Part shown: piece by piece, positions 1-10,205 of the stretch
How positions within the stretch are numbered: the stretch's first letter is position 1
Layout: each line of letters starts with the position of its first letter
Assembly: GCA_046296495.1 (NCBI GenBank)
Contig: JBKBLB010000002.1
Coordinates: 106,955-170,954 of the forward strand
DNA: 64,000 nt
Reading direction: 5' to 3'
DNA from: Bacteroidia bacterium
GTDB taxonomy: Bacteria > Bacteroidota > Bacteroidia > UKL13-3
Made by a program: the position numbers and the translations under genes
Notes under the pieces: model-generated
The model's input: only the letters and a program-made list of their open reading frames with translations
The model's database searches: none
Told to the model about the DNA's origin: nothing

Positions 1-974
1 CTCCTGAAGCTATAAAAAAACAAAACAAGCTTAATTCAAATAAAATTGAACCGGGAACTAAGTTAATCATAGAGCCTGGTAAGCAATTTTTTGATAATTT
101 GGTTGAACCAACAACTGAGAAACCTTTAGTTTATAATTTTGAAAAAAATGAAACAAAACAACAACCGAATAAAAGCAATTTGCCTGATGACTTACAAAAA
201 GAAGTAAAGCAAAACGAAATTCAAACACAGCAACAACAAGCTAAAAATATATCTTCTAACAATCAAACCAAAAAAGAAAGTCAAATAAAAACAAGAAAAA
301 CTTCTGCTTCTTCAGAAAAAGAAGATAGTATAAAAATAGAAATTAGAGGCACCAATGTTCATACATATAATATTTCTGAATATAGAGATGAAGAAAGACT
401 TAGAGACGAATGGGCTGAAAAAATTATCTCCGAAAATTTAAAAAAGGTTTCTTCAACCAGTCAAAATAAAGGATATGGAGATAAAAACACTGTTCATATT
501 GTTGAAAAGGGAGAAACACTTCAAAGCATAGCAAATAAATATGGTGTTAGAGTTACAGATATTATAAATTGGAATGAATTAGATGTGTATCGTATTAGAA
601 TAGCGCAAGAGTTAATTATAAATCAAGACAGATACGAATTAGATATTATTTCTCGAAATCAGGCAAACCAAAGAGAACTTACAAACAGCAAAGAAGTTGA
701 AGGAATTATAGAAGAAGGTTTGGTTTATTTTGACCCTAAAGCAAAATTTTTAGGTGTTTTACATCCAAGTTTGCCTATTGGTAAAACCATAAAAATTTTT
801 AACAAAGAAAACTTTTTAGAAACCTATGCACGAGTTACGGGAAGATTGCCAAAATACGATGACCCCAAAATAATAATTGCAATAGACAGAAGAATAGCAG
901 AGGCATTAAGAATTAACAATCCAACAGTGAAAGTAAGAGTTTCGTACGGTAAAATTGAAAAAATAGTTGACTGA
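1..974 (+). CDS. LysM-domain peptidoglycan-binding protein with a C-terminal RlpA/3D-like domain. It is 5'-truncated at the window edge: the reading frame is open from position 3.
   Basis: The frame is open back to the window start. A LysM motif is present (HIVEKGETLQSIANKYGVRVTDIINWNEL), and a second LysM-like end (IEPGTKLII) lies at the very 5' end. The C-terminus (KTIKI...ARVTGRLP...IDRRIAEAL) resembles an RlpA/3D domain. Confidence 0.55.
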   Translation, partial: PEAIKKQNKLNSNKIEPGTKLIIEPGKQFFDNLVEPTTEKPLVYNFEKNETKQQPNKSNLPDDLQKEVKQNEIQTQQQQAKNISSNNQTKKESQIKTRKTSASSEKEDSIKIEIRGTNVHTYNISEYRDEERLRDEWAEKIISENLKKVSSTSQNKGYGDKNTVHIVEKGETLQSIANKYGVRVTDIINWNELDVYRIRIAQELIINQDRYELDIISRNQANQRELTNSKEVEGIIEEGLVYFDPKAKFLGVLHPSLPIGKTIKIFNKENFLETYARVTGRLPKYDDPKIIIAIDRRIAEALRINNPTVKVRVSYGKIEKIVD

Positions 975-1869
975 TTTTGAAAAACCCGAAATAACCTATT
1001 ATAATATTGTTGAACCAAAATCTGATTGGTTTTTTAGCATTCTTATACCATCTTGGAACAACTTAGAATATTTAAAACTTTGTATTGAATCTATACACAA
1101 AAACAGTTTATACAAACATCAAATTATTATTCATGTAAATGAAGGCACTGATGGAACTTTTGATTGGATAAAGCAAACTAACCTTGATTATACATACTCA
1201 AAAACCAATGCCGGAGTTTGTTATGCACTAAATGCAATGGCTAAGCTTGCAAAAACAAATTACATATTGTATTTAAACGATGATATGTTTGTTTGCAAAA
1301 ATTGGGATGAGCCACTGGTTAAAGCAGCTAAAAATAGTTTAAACCAGTTGTTTTATTATTCTGGAACAATGATTGAACCCAATGATAGCGGCAATAATTG
1401 TGTTATTGCAAATAAAAACTTTGGAGATTCGCCTAAAAATTTTGATGAAGAAGCTTTAAACTATTTTATTGAACATAATGCCTTTAATGATTGGTTTGGA
1501 TCATGTTGGCCACCTAGTTTAGTAAGTAAAAAACTTTGGGGAAAAGTTGGCGGATACAGCGAAGAGTTTAGCCCAGGCTTTTACAGCGACCCTGACTTTG
1601 CTATGAAACTCTGGAAAATTGGGGTTAGAGATTTTAGAGGTTTTGGAAACAGTTTGGTTTATCATTTTAAGTGCAAAAGCACAGGCAGGGTAAAACGAAA
1701 TAACGGAAGAAAAACCTTTGCCAAAAAATGGGGAATTCCATCGTCATATTTTTATAAAAATGTTTTGTTAATGGGTCAACCATACAATAAAAACATAAAC
1801 CTAAAGATGAAAAAAAATATTAAATATTTCGTTGCTCGGCTTAAAGCAGCTTACATAAGTTGGATGTAG
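967..1869 (+). CDS. Glycosyltransferase family 2.
   Basis: N-terminal GT2 signature FSILIPSWNNLEYL and a DD motif (YLNDDMF). The start is assumed to be the TTG at 967, since there is no upstream ATG. Confidence 0.6.
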   Translation: MTDFEKPEITYYNIVEPKSDWFFSILIPSWNNLEYLKLCIESIHKNSLYKHQIIIHVNEGTDGTFDWIKQTNLDYTYSKTNAGVCYALNAMAKLAKTNYILYLNDDMFVCKNWDEPLVKAAKNSLNQLFYYSGTMIEPNDSGNNCVIANKNFGDSPKNFDEEALNYFIEHNAFNDWFGSCWPPSLVSKKLWGKVGGYSEEFSPGFYSDPDFAMKLWKIGVRDFRGFGNSLVYHFKCKSTGRVKRNNGRKTFAKKWGIPSSYFYKNVLLMGQPYNKNINLKMKKNIKYFVARLKAAYISWM

Positions 1870-1913
1870 TTGTTTTTTAGTTCATAAACTATTAATTACC
1901 TTTGCCACCCTTT

Positions 1914-3221
1914 ATGCAAAAATCGGTAGCTTTTTACACGTTAGGCTGCAAGTTAAACTTTTCCGAAACCAGTACAATTGGCCGAACGCTAATGAACGAA
2001 GGTTTTAAAAAAGTTAATTTTGAACAAGGGGCAGATGTGTATGTTATAAACACCTGCTCAGTAACCGATAATGCCGATAAAAAATGTAAAAAAATAGTTA
2101 AAGAAGCCCTTCGTCATAACCCAAATGCATTTGTAGCAGTAATTGGTTGCTATGCTCAACTTAAACCAAAAGAAATAGCCAATATACCAGGTGTTGATTT
2201 GGTTTTAGGTGCAGCTGAAAAATTCAATATTCATCAATATCTTGGTTCAACCAACAAAAAAGAAAAAACTGAAATTAAAGAAGGAAAAATTAAAGAAGTT
2301 TTAGAATACCATGCTTCTTACTCAATTGGCGACCGCACTCGCACTTTTTTAAAAGTACAAGATGGATGCGACTATTTTTGTAGTTTTTGTACCATACCGC
2401 TTGCTCGTGGAAACAGCCGAAGCGATACCATTGAAAATGTTGTGAAACAGGCGCAAAGTATTGTTAATGAAGGGATAAAAGAAATAGTTTTAACCGGAGT
2501 AAATACAGGAGATTTTGGTAAAAACACTGGTGAAACTTTTTATGAATTACTGCTTGCGTTAAACCAAATAAGCGGACTTGAAAGACTAAGAATAAGCAGT
2601 ATTGAGCCAAACCTGTTAACTGATGAAATAATTGAACTTGCAGCCGTCTCTGAAAGTAAAATTGTTCCCCATTTTCACATACCGTTGCAAAGCGGAAGCG
2701 ATACTATTTTAAAAGCCATGCGTAGAAAGTACTCTACGGAGTTATACACCAACAGGATAAATAAAATAAAGCAGCTAATTCCCCATTGCTGCATTGGTGT
2801 AGATGTAATAGTGGGTTTTCCTGGCGAAACAGATGAAGAATTTTTAACTACATATAATTATTTAAACAAACTTGATATAAGCTATCTTCATGTTTTTGCT
2901 TACAGCGAAAGAGTTAATACAACCGCATATAAAATGGCAGGAAAAGTGCCATTGAATGTTAGAGCTGAACGAAGTAAAATGCTACATATTTTAAGCGATA
3001 AAAAACGAAGATTTTTTTATGAAGAAAATTTAGGGAAAACTTATAAAGTTTTGTGGGAAGCCGAAAATGACCATGATACCATGTATGGTTTTACCGAAAA
3101 TTATATAAAGGTTAAAACATGTTACGATCCTGCATTTGTTAATGAAATTATGCCAATTACCATTTCGTCAATTGATGAAGACATGGTTTGTACAGTTAAA
3201 ATACCCGAATTGGTGTTTTAA
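1914..3221 (+). CDS. mtaB: tRNA (N6-threonylcarbamoyladenosine) methylthiotransferase, MiaB-like radical-SAM enzyme.
   Basis: N-terminal motif VAFYTLGCKLNFSE (MtaB type), radical-SAM motif CDYFCSFCTIP and a TRAM-like C-terminus. The ATG at 1914 is preferred over the TTG at 1902. Confidence 0.8.
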   Translation: MQKSVAFYTLGCKLNFSETSTIGRTLMNEGFKKVNFEQGADVYVINTCSVTDNADKKCKKIVKEALRHNPNAFVAVIGCYAQLKPKEIANIPGVDLVLGAAEKFNIHQYLGSTNKKEKTEIKEGKIKEVLEYHASYSIGDRTRTFLKVQDGCDYFCSFCTIPLARGNSRSDTIENVVKQAQSIVNEGIKEIVLTGVNTGDFGKNTGETFYELLLALNQISGLERLRISSIEPNLLTDEIIELAAVSESKIVPHFHIPLQSGSDTILKAMRRKYSTELYTNRINKIKQLIPHCCIGVDVIVGFPGETDEEFLTTYNYLNKLDISYLHVFAYSERVNTTAYKMAGKVPLNVRAERSKMLHILSDKKRRFFYEENLGKTYKVLWEAENDHDTMYGFTENYIKVKTCYDPAFVNEIMPITISSIDEDMVCTVKIPELVF

Positions 3222-3667
3222 ATTTTAATAAAAGTTTTTTTTAACTTTAGCTTTAAAGTTTTGCTTTTGTAGTTAATTACAGCGTCAAGCTTTTGCAGCA
3301 AATCTCCGCCAATAACTCCATCAATATGCTTAAAACCAAGCAAATCGTATGCTTTATTAATATTGCTTAAATCAAGCATTGCAAACTCAGGCTCTTTTAT
3401 TTTAATTTTATCAAATCTTATTGCAGGCAACTTTATTAATGAAGTTTTAACCATTTCTGCTCCTAATCCAATGCTCTCTGCCTGTTGTTTTTTATTTATT
3501 TTCGATCCTAAAATTGCTTCTATTTTTGTTTTATCAACAACTGTTTTTGAAGCTCCTGTATCAACCAAAAACCTAACCTTATTTTTGCCTATAAAAAAGG
3601 TTGTAAATATATGGAAATTATCAGGCTCTAATTCTGATAATTCTAATTTCAATATATCAATTATCAA
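3218..3667 (-). CDS. Retropepsin-like (clan AA) aspartic protease.
   Basis: FLVDTGASKTVV catalytic D-T-G-A motif in a 149-aa protein. Confidence 0.6.
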   Translation of the reverse strand: MIIDILKLELSELEPDNFHIFTTFFIGKNKVRFLVDTGASKTVVDKTKIEAILGSKINKKQQAESIGLGAEMVKTSLIKLPAIRFDKIKIKEPEFAMLDLSNINKAYDLLGFKHIDGVIGGDLLQKLDAVINYKSKTLKLKLKKTFIKI

Positions 3668-3678
3668 AATATGATTAC

Positions 3679-4698
3679 CTAATTTCTTTTTTCAATTCTA
3701 TCGTAAAACCCACCGTAAGTAACTGTTTTTACACCCTCTTCATTAAAAAAATCTCCCGGAAAACCGAGTTCGATTTTACTTACATCATTTAAACGATTCA
3801 TATCATCTTCGCTTAAGTTCACATCAAGGCAGTTTAGGTTTTCTATTAGTTGACTAACTTTTGTAGCACCTACAATAGGTATTGAAGAAAAACCCATTTG
3901 CATGGTAAATTGCAATGCAACATGAGAAGGTTTACAGCCTAAATTTTCAGCAATATCAACAACGGTTTTAGTTATTTCTGTTGATTTAGGATTGAGCCTT
4001 TTGCTGTTTTCTGGCAATCGGCCTTTATCTCCAAAAAGGTATTTGCCAGTAAGTGCTCCGCCTGCTAAAGATGCCCATGGTGTAACAGTAAGACCAAAGT
4101 GTTTAGCCATTGGTATCAATTCTCTTTCTGGTGTTCTTTGCAATAGGCTATATTCTAATTGTAGTGCAATAAATTTACTCCAACCCATCAGTTCTGCAAG
4201 TGTTTGTCCTTTACTAATTACCCAAGCCGGAGTATCGCTAATTCCAATATAGTTGACTTTTCCTTGCCTTACTAAGTCATCAAGGCCACGCATTACTTCA
4301 TCTATCGGTGTTAGGTTATCCCAAATATGTAAATAAAGCAAATCAATAAATTCTGTATTTAGTCTTTTAAGGCTTTGCTCAACACTACGCATCATGTTTT
4401 TGCGATTGTTGCCACTCGCATTTACATTAGTTAAATTATCATAAAGGCTGTATTTGGTTGCTATTACAAAATGGTCGCGATTATTTTGAATAAACTCGCC
4501 AATCCATTTTTCGCTGGTGCCTTCAGTATATCGGTTGGCGGTATCAATAAAATTTCCACCGTTATCGGTATATGCTTGTAATATTTCAAAAGCAGTTTGT
4601 TTGTCTGCGCCCCAATTCCATTCAGTTCCAAAACCCATGGTGCCAAGACATATTTCAGAGACTTTAAGACCACTTGGTCCAAGTAATTTGTATTTCAT
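3679..4698 (-). CDS. Aldo/keto reductase.
   Basis: GTMGFGTEWNWG...NFIDTANRY signature and a 339-aa length are typical of AKR family members. Confidence 0.85.
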   Translation of the reverse strand: MKYKLLGPSGLKVSEICLGTMGFGTEWNWGADKQTAFEILQAYTDNGGNFIDTANRYTEGTSEKWIGEFIQNNRDHFVIATKYSLYDNLTNVNASGNNRKNMMRSVEQSLKRLNTEFIDLLYLHIWDNLTPIDEVMRGLDDLVRQGKVNYIGISDTPAWVISKGQTLAELMGWSKFIALQLEYSLLQRTPERELIPMAKHFGLTVTPWASLAGGALTGKYLFGDKGRLPENSKRLNPKSTEITKTVVDIAENLGCKPSHVALQFTMQMGFSSIPIVGATKVSQLIENLNCLDVNLSEDDMNRLNDVSKIELGFPGDFFNEEGVKTVTYGGFYDRIEKRN

Positions 4699-4855
4699 GT
4701 TGTTTTTGTTACAAATTAATTCATTTTAAGTGTAATAAATTTTAAATAGTTTAAAATGTTAAAAGGTTGTGTATTTGAAATTTTATAACACATGAAAAGA
4801 CGAAACTTCTGTTTTTTAGATTCAGCTCTTGACAAAATATCATTAATTAAATTTT

Positions 4856-5152
4856 TTATTTTATAATATCTTCAACAATTAAACTAAAGACTTGTGGCTT
4901 TGCATTAAATAAAGCTTTTGTTTTCGACCATGTTTCTTTAAAAAAGTCAGAGTATCTGTATTTATTAAGATGTTCTTCCGAATCCCAAACACTGTAAGTG
5001 TAAAAAACGTTAGGCTCATTAAAATCTTTTAGCAGTGTTAATGATTTACAACCTTCAAACGATGCTATTTGCATTTTTGTTGAATTAAATAAATCAACAA
5101 ATTCATTAACTTTTGTTTTGTCAAAACTTAATCTTACAATTCTATTTATCAT
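4856..5152 (-). CDS. Antibiotic-biosynthesis-monooxygenase (ABM/Dabb) domain protein.
   Basis: Small ferredoxin-like protein of about 100 aa with an N-terminus of the MI..v.l.f.k type. The start is placed at the internal Met (MINRIV) to avoid a 37-nt overlap with the upstream gene. Confidence 0.55.
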   Translation of the reverse strand: MINRIVRLSFDKTKVNEFVDLFNSTKMQIASFEGCKSLTLLKDFNEPNVFYTYSVWDSEEHLNKYRYSDFFKETWSKTKALFNAKPQVFSLIVEDIIK

Positions 5153-5918
5153 ATTTTTCAATAAGTATGGGCGAGCCAAATTTTAATCCTAACAACTGTG
5201 AGGCGCTGCCTTGATTAACTGAAAATTGCAATAAATTGTTGGAGTTAAAAAGAGCTATCTCTTCACCGTTTTCTTTAAAAAAATAACCATTTCTAATCTC
5301 ATTAATGGTATATCTAGGTCTGTAAAAAATTTTAAATTCTGAATTATTAACAAAATTATAAAATAAGTCTTTGTTTATATTTGTTAAAGCATTTCCGTAC
5401 CCATCAATAAACATAACCGAACCGCTTAAAACATTATTATTTATTATTGGCATTTGGTTTTGTTTTTTATTTGCAATGGTTGATTTTTCATACATTTTAT
5501 CTAATGCGACATTGTTGAAAATATTACCTGCAGCCGGAATAAATAATTCTAATTCAACGAATAAATTTCTAGTTTCATTATTGGTATTAATTTTATATAT
5601 TTCATCATATTCATCAAACATTAAAGAAAAGATGCCATTGTCAACTCCAATAAAGTAATGATTATTTTTTTTTGCAATTAACACATTGTTGTTTGAGCCA
5701 ATATTGGTATCAACACATATAAAGTGAATGGTTTTTTCGGGAAAGTAAAACCAATTGTTTTTTAATACGAAAGCAGCCTGTATAATATTAAATGGCTGTA
5801 TATTGTTATTAATATCAATAACCTGAACCTGTGAAATGCTTTGATAAATAGCACCTTTTAAAGCCGATGCATAAGTAGATGAAAAACCATAATCGCTTGT
5901 AAGTGTTATAAAATGCAC
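5142..5918 (-). CDS. SAM hydroxide adenosyltransferase (DUF62 / SAM hydrolase family).
   Basis: N-terminal ITLTSDYG...Y...KG motif characteristic of the DUF62/fluorinase-like SAM-cleaving family; 258 aa. Confidence 0.7.
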   Translation of the reverse strand: MHFITLTSDYGFSSTYASALKGAIYQSISQVQVIDINNNIQPFNIIQAAFVLKNNWFYFPEKTIHFICVDTNIGSNNNVLIAKKNNHYFIGVDNGIFSLMFDEYDEIYKINTNNETRNLFVELELFIPAAGNIFNNVALDKMYEKSTIANKKQNQMPIINNNVLSGSVMFIDGYGNALTNINKDLFYNFVNNSEFKIFYRPRYTINEIRNGYFFKENGEEIALFNSNNLLQFSVNQGSASQLLGLKFGSPILIEKYDK

Positions 5919-5971
5919 TATTTATTTACTTGTTTATATTTGGTGCAAATTAAAACTAACACAAATAAAAT

Positions 5972-6946
5972 TTGAATACAAAAGAAATAATCATCGAGGA
6001 AGTTGATCCATCATTAGTATTTGGTTCAAACAACAAACATTTAAACGAATTAAAAAAGCATTTTAAACAACTAAAAATTATCGGTAGAGGTAATATGATT
6101 TCGGTTAGTGGCAAAGATGCCGAGATAGAGTTGTTTGAAGAAAAAGCTAATCAAATAATTAATCATGTTTCAAAATTTGGAAATATAAGAGATGCTGAGG
6201 TTGAAGCTATATTAATGGGTGATGCCATTACTGCCGGTAAAACAGAAAGTAAATCAACACAAAGCGAAAGTGACATAATTTTATACGGCAATTTTGGTAA
6301 AGTTATTCGAGCAAAAACACCCAATCAGCGAAAAATGGTTGAACTGGTAAAAGAAAACGATATATTGTTTGCTATTGGCCCTGCCGGTACCGGAAAAACT
6401 TATACAGCTGTTGCTTTAGCTGTAAAAGCACTAAAAAACAAAGAAATTAAAAGAATAATTTTAGCAAGGCCTGCTGTAGAAGCAGGAGAGAGCCTTGGTT
6501 TTTTGCCCGGAGACTTAAAAGAAAAAATTGACCCCTATTTAAGGCCTTTGTACGATGCGCTTGATGACATGATAGCACCTGATAAACTTAAACAATATCT
6601 TGAAACAAGGGTAATTGAAATAGCACCAATGGCCTTTATGCGCGGAAGAACTCTTGATAATGCTTATGTAATTTTAGACGAAGCTCAAAATGCCACCGAC
6701 CTTCAATTGAAAATGTTTTTAACACGAATGGGGCCAAATGCAAAATTTATAATTACTGGAGATTTATCTCAGATTGATTTACCAAAAAAATCTCAAAGTG
6801 GTTTGTTGCAAGCAGTAAATATTCTTAAGAATATTAAAGGAATTCATTTTGCTTATTTAAGTTTTGAAGATGTAGTTAGACACAAACTAGTGAAAGATAT
6901 TATTAAAGCCTATCAGCAAAAAGACGAGAATAAAACAAAAGATTAA
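5972..6946 (+). CDS. phoH: PhoH-family ATPase.
   Basis: Walker A GPAGTGKTYTAVA and ILARPAVEAGESLGFLPGD, both strongly conserved in PhoH/YbeZ. Confidence 0.9.
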   Translation: MNTKEIIIEEVDPSLVFGSNNKHLNELKKHFKQLKIIGRGNMISVSGKDAEIELFEEKANQIINHVSKFGNIRDAEVEAILMGDAITAGKTESKSTQSESDIILYGNFGKVIRAKTPNQRKMVELVKENDILFAIGPAGTGKTYTAVALAVKALKNKEIKRIILARPAVEAGESLGFLPGDLKEKIDPYLRPLYDALDDMIAPDKLKQYLETRVIEIAPMAFMRGRTLDNAYVILDEAQNATDLQLKMFLTRMGPNAKFIITGDLSQIDLPKKSQSGLLQAVNILKNIKGIHFAYLSFEDVVRHKLVKDIIKAYQQKDENKTKD

Positions 6947-6996
6947 ATCGGTTATATTAAACCTAAGTTTATTGATTTTTATTTTACCAACAATCC

Positions 6997-8439
6997 TTAC
7001 TTAGCATACCTTTCTTTAAAAATTTTAATTGCATCTTTGGGTTCAAGCAACTTAAATGCAATCATAAAAAATAAACTTAAACTGGCATTTACTATCATCG
7101 CAAAAATCCAGTTCTCAAAAATGTATTTTGTTGATAAAACAATAAATATTGCTAAAAAAACTGTTTTAAAAAAATCTTTATAAAACGAAGGTTCAAATTT
7201 TAATTTTAAAACTTTAATACCGAAATATGTATTTGTAACAGCTATAAACATTTGTGTTACAAGTGCCGCAACCGCTGCGCCTAATGCAAGTTTTATGGGT
7301 ATTAAGTAATAGTTTAATATAGCATTTATAACAAGCGCAACAAGTGCCAATCGGTTTAAAATATTAAGGTTTCCGTTGGCAGTAAGCAAAGTTCCAAACA
7401 CATACATTACCGCAAATGCAAAAAAGCATAAAATTACTACACCAAAAGTTTCGATAGCGTATTGTGTACTTTGTGGATATAACATTGGCATAATGGTATC
7501 TTTAAAAGCAAAGCAGGTTAGCGATAAAACCAATGCAGGTATTATCATAATACTGCTGCTTAGTTGAACCAAAGGAGAAAGTTTTTCTTTTTTCTCAATC
7601 ATTTTACTAAAAATGGGTAATAACAACATGCTTACCAAAGCAGCCATCATGTTTGCGGCTTCAAGCAACCTGAATGCCGATGCATATACGCCATTGTGGT
7701 AATCTCCGTTTGGTATGAGTTTTTGCAGTAAAATATTATCCATTCTTGTATATAGGGTCATTAGTAAACTTAAAAATGCATACGGATACATTTGCTTTAA
7801 AACAGGTAAGAAAAACCCTTTTTCGAATGAAAATTTTATTTGATTTAAATGTGGTTTTAAAACAAAAAACGTTACACCTACAGCAATTAAATATGATATT
7901 GTTTGTGCATATATAAACGAATGAATACTTAGGTTTAAAAAGCCTGTCCATAGCATTAATGAACACAACACAATCATTAAAATTCGGTCAATTACCGATA
8001 GTAGGGCATCGGTTTTAAATAACTGTAAGCCGCCAACAACACTTCTAAAAAATAAATAAAAATAGCTTAGTATTTGGTTAAAACCTAATAATGCCAAAAG
8101 CGTAATTCTGTAATTATCATATCCGTATAGTTTGCCTAAAAACAATGTAAGTGCAAAGTAAAAAACAGATGCAGCCAACTTAAAAATAAGCAATGGAGCG
8201 AAATACAATTGAATATTATCTTTGTTTTTTGCAATGGTTGAAGAAGTAAAGTTATTTATACCTAGATCTAAAAAAGTAATTAAAAGCAACGAAAACGTAA
8301 ACAGGTTTGAGTACATTCCATAAGTTTCATAGCCAAGTGTGTTTTGAACGCCTCTGTCAATACCCAGTATCCAAAATGGCTTTATGAGCAGGTTTAGACT
8401 CATTAATAAAATTAAATTAGATACAAAGGTTCGTTTCAT
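6997..8439 (-). CDS. Polysaccharide-biosynthesis flippase (MOP/Wzx-like).
   Basis: 480-aa polytopic membrane protein with the N-terminal layout typical of Wzx-like flippases. Confidence 0.7.
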   Translation of the reverse strand: MKRTFVSNLILLMSLNLLIKPFWILGIDRGVQNTLGYETYGMYSNLFTFSLLLITFLDLGINNFTSSTIAKNKDNIQLYFAPLLIFKLAASVFYFALTLFLGKLYGYDNYRITLLALLGFNQILSYFYLFFRSVVGGLQLFKTDALLSVIDRILMIVLCSLMLWTGFLNLSIHSFIYAQTISYLIAVGVTFFVLKPHLNQIKFSFEKGFFLPVLKQMYPYAFLSLLMTLYTRMDNILLQKLIPNGDYHNGVYASAFRLLEAANMMAALVSMLLLPIFSKMIEKKEKLSPLVQLSSSIMIIPALVLSLTCFAFKDTIMPMLYPQSTQYAIETFGVVILCFFAFAVMYVFGTLLTANGNLNILNRLALVALVINAILNYYLIPIKLALGAAVAALVTQMFIAVTNTYFGIKVLKLKFEPSFYKDFFKTVFLAIFIVLSTKYIFENWIFAMIVNASLSLFFMIAFKLLEPKDAIKIFKERYAK

Positions 8440-8496
8440 TAAATGTTGTGCAATTTATCATTTACAGCAAACTTTGTATTATTGTAGCCTTGCCAA

Positions 8497-9537
8497 ATGA
8501 ATATATTGCCTAAAAACTTTCACGAAAAAATTCTTTTTGCAACTCAAATTGTATTGGCCAAAATCATAAACCCTCGAAAAAATTTAAACGAAACATCGTT
8601 TAAGAGAATTTTATGTATTAAGCTTGATGAGATTGGAGATTTGTGCTATGCGCTTCATGTTTTTGATATTTTAAAACAAAAATATCCAAATGCAGAAATT
8701 ACGTTGGTTTGTCAAAAATATTGCAATACATTGGTTCAAAACCACCCCGCCATTAGTGAGGTTAAAAACGATTTTAATAACCTAAATGGCAATTTTGATT
8801 TAATTGTGGACATGCGCGGTTCATGGCAAAGCATTTGGTATGCATTAACACACAGGCCAAAGGTTTACATAGAGCGTGGCAGCATTAGGCTTAGAAACAA
8901 AAAAACAGGCCATCCGCATGAGGTTATTACAAACTTGCAAATAATACAACCGCTGTTTAAAGAAACCTTAAATAAAGTTGAACCTAAGCTCTACATTGCA
9001 AAAGAAAATACCCAAAAAGCAATTGATTTTTTAACCGGTAATGAAATAAAAAACTTTGCAATTATTCATCCGGGGGCACGAAAACCGCTAAAAAAATGGA
9101 AACCCGAACGTTTTGCACAAATTGCCTTATGGCTGAACCAAACTTACAATTTTGATATTGTTATTGCCGGAGACAATACTGAAACCACAATGATAGAAAA
9201 CCTGCAAAAGCAAATTCCATTTAAAACTTTTTCGATTGCCGGTTTACTTAATTTAACAGATTTTGCTGCTTTGGTTGGCATGGCTTCGTTGTATGTTGGC
9301 AACGACAGCGGGCCGCTTAGCATAGCAAGTGTAAGCGGCACTCCAAGCCTTGGTTTATATGGTCCTGGAGTTGCTGCTGTATTTTATCCTTATGGTAAAA
9401 AAACTGATTACATTCATTATGTATTGCCGTGCAATCCATGTAATCAAATAAATTGCGTAAGGCCTCATGATAACTGTATGGATAAAATTTCGGTTCAGGA
9501 AGTTGAAGAAAAAATAACAAGTCTATTAAAGGCATGA
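8497..9537 (+). CDS. Glycosyltransferase family 9 (heptosyltransferase-like).
   Basis: N-terminal ILCIKLDEIGD and C-terminal LYVGNDSGPLSIASVSGTPSLGLYGP motifs of GT9. Confidence 0.8.
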   Translation: MNILPKNFHEKILFATQIVLAKIINPRKNLNETSFKRILCIKLDEIGDLCYALHVFDILKQKYPNAEITLVCQKYCNTLVQNHPAISEVKNDFNNLNGNFDLIVDMRGSWQSIWYALTHRPKVYIERGSIRLRNKKTGHPHEVITNLQIIQPLFKETLNKVEPKLYIAKENTQKAIDFLTGNEIKNFAIIHPGARKPLKKWKPERFAQIALWLNQTYNFDIVIAGDNTETTMIENLQKQIPFKTFSIAGLLNLTDFAALVGMASLYVGNDSGPLSIASVSGTPSLGLYGPGVAAVFYPYGKKTDYIHYVLPCNPCNQINCVRPHDNCMDKISVQEVEEKITSLLKA

Positions 9538-10133
9538 CTTTAAAAAAGTTTTATCAAACAGAATTTTTGGAAGCAGGTTGCGATGAAGCCGGAAGAGGTT
9601 GTCTTGCAGGGCCGGTTTTTGCAGCAGCGGTTATTCTTGATGAAAATAAAACCATTAAAGGGCTTGATGATAGTAAAAAACTCACCGAAAAAAGTAGGGT
9701 AAAATTAAGGAGAGAGATTGAAGAAAAAGCCTACGCTTGGGCTGTTGCTTATTGCACACCTCAAGAAATTGATGAAATAAACATATTGCAGGCATCATTT
9801 AAAGCCATGCATAAAGCTTTAAATGCTCTTTCGGTTCAACCGCAATTATTGCTTATTGACGGAAACCGTTTTAAGCCATACAACAATATAAAACATATTT
9901 GCATGGTAAAAGGCGATGGAAAATATCAAAGTATTGCTGCAGCAAGTATTTTGGCTAAAACACACCGCGATGAATATATGCTAAATGCGCACTTACAATA
10001 TACAAATTATGGTTGGAACCAAAATAAAGGCTATCCCACAAAGGCACACAGGGAAGCAATTAAAACATTTGGAATAACTGAATTGCACAGAAAATCTTTT
10101 GCTTTAACTGAAACACAGCTAAAATTATTTTAA
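9534..10133 (+). CDS. rnhB: Ribonuclease HII.
   Basis: GCDEAGRGCLAGPV catalytic motif; 199 aa. The start overlaps the upstream stop by 4 nt. Confidence 0.9.
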   Translation: MTLKKFYQTEFLEAGCDEAGRGCLAGPVFAAAVILDENKTIKGLDDSKKLTEKSRVKLRREIEEKAYAWAVAYCTPQEIDEINILQASFKAMHKALNALSVQPQLLLIDGNRFKPYNNIKHICMVKGDGKYQSIAAASILAKTHRDEYMLNAHLQYTNYGWNQNKGYPTKAHREAIKTFGITELHRKSFALTETQLKLF

Positions 10134-10156
10134 AAAGAGCTTTTACTTAAACTCAT

Positions 10157-10187
10157 AAAAAAAGCGGAGCATTTGCCCCGCTTTTTT
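10157..10187. terminator. Bidirectional rho-independent terminator between the convergent genes rnhB and metK.
   Basis: aaaaaGCGGagcatttgccCCGCttttt: a GC stem flanked by an A-run and a T-run. Confidence 0.6.
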
Positions 10188-10205
10188 AGGTTTATATTAT
10201 TGTAT

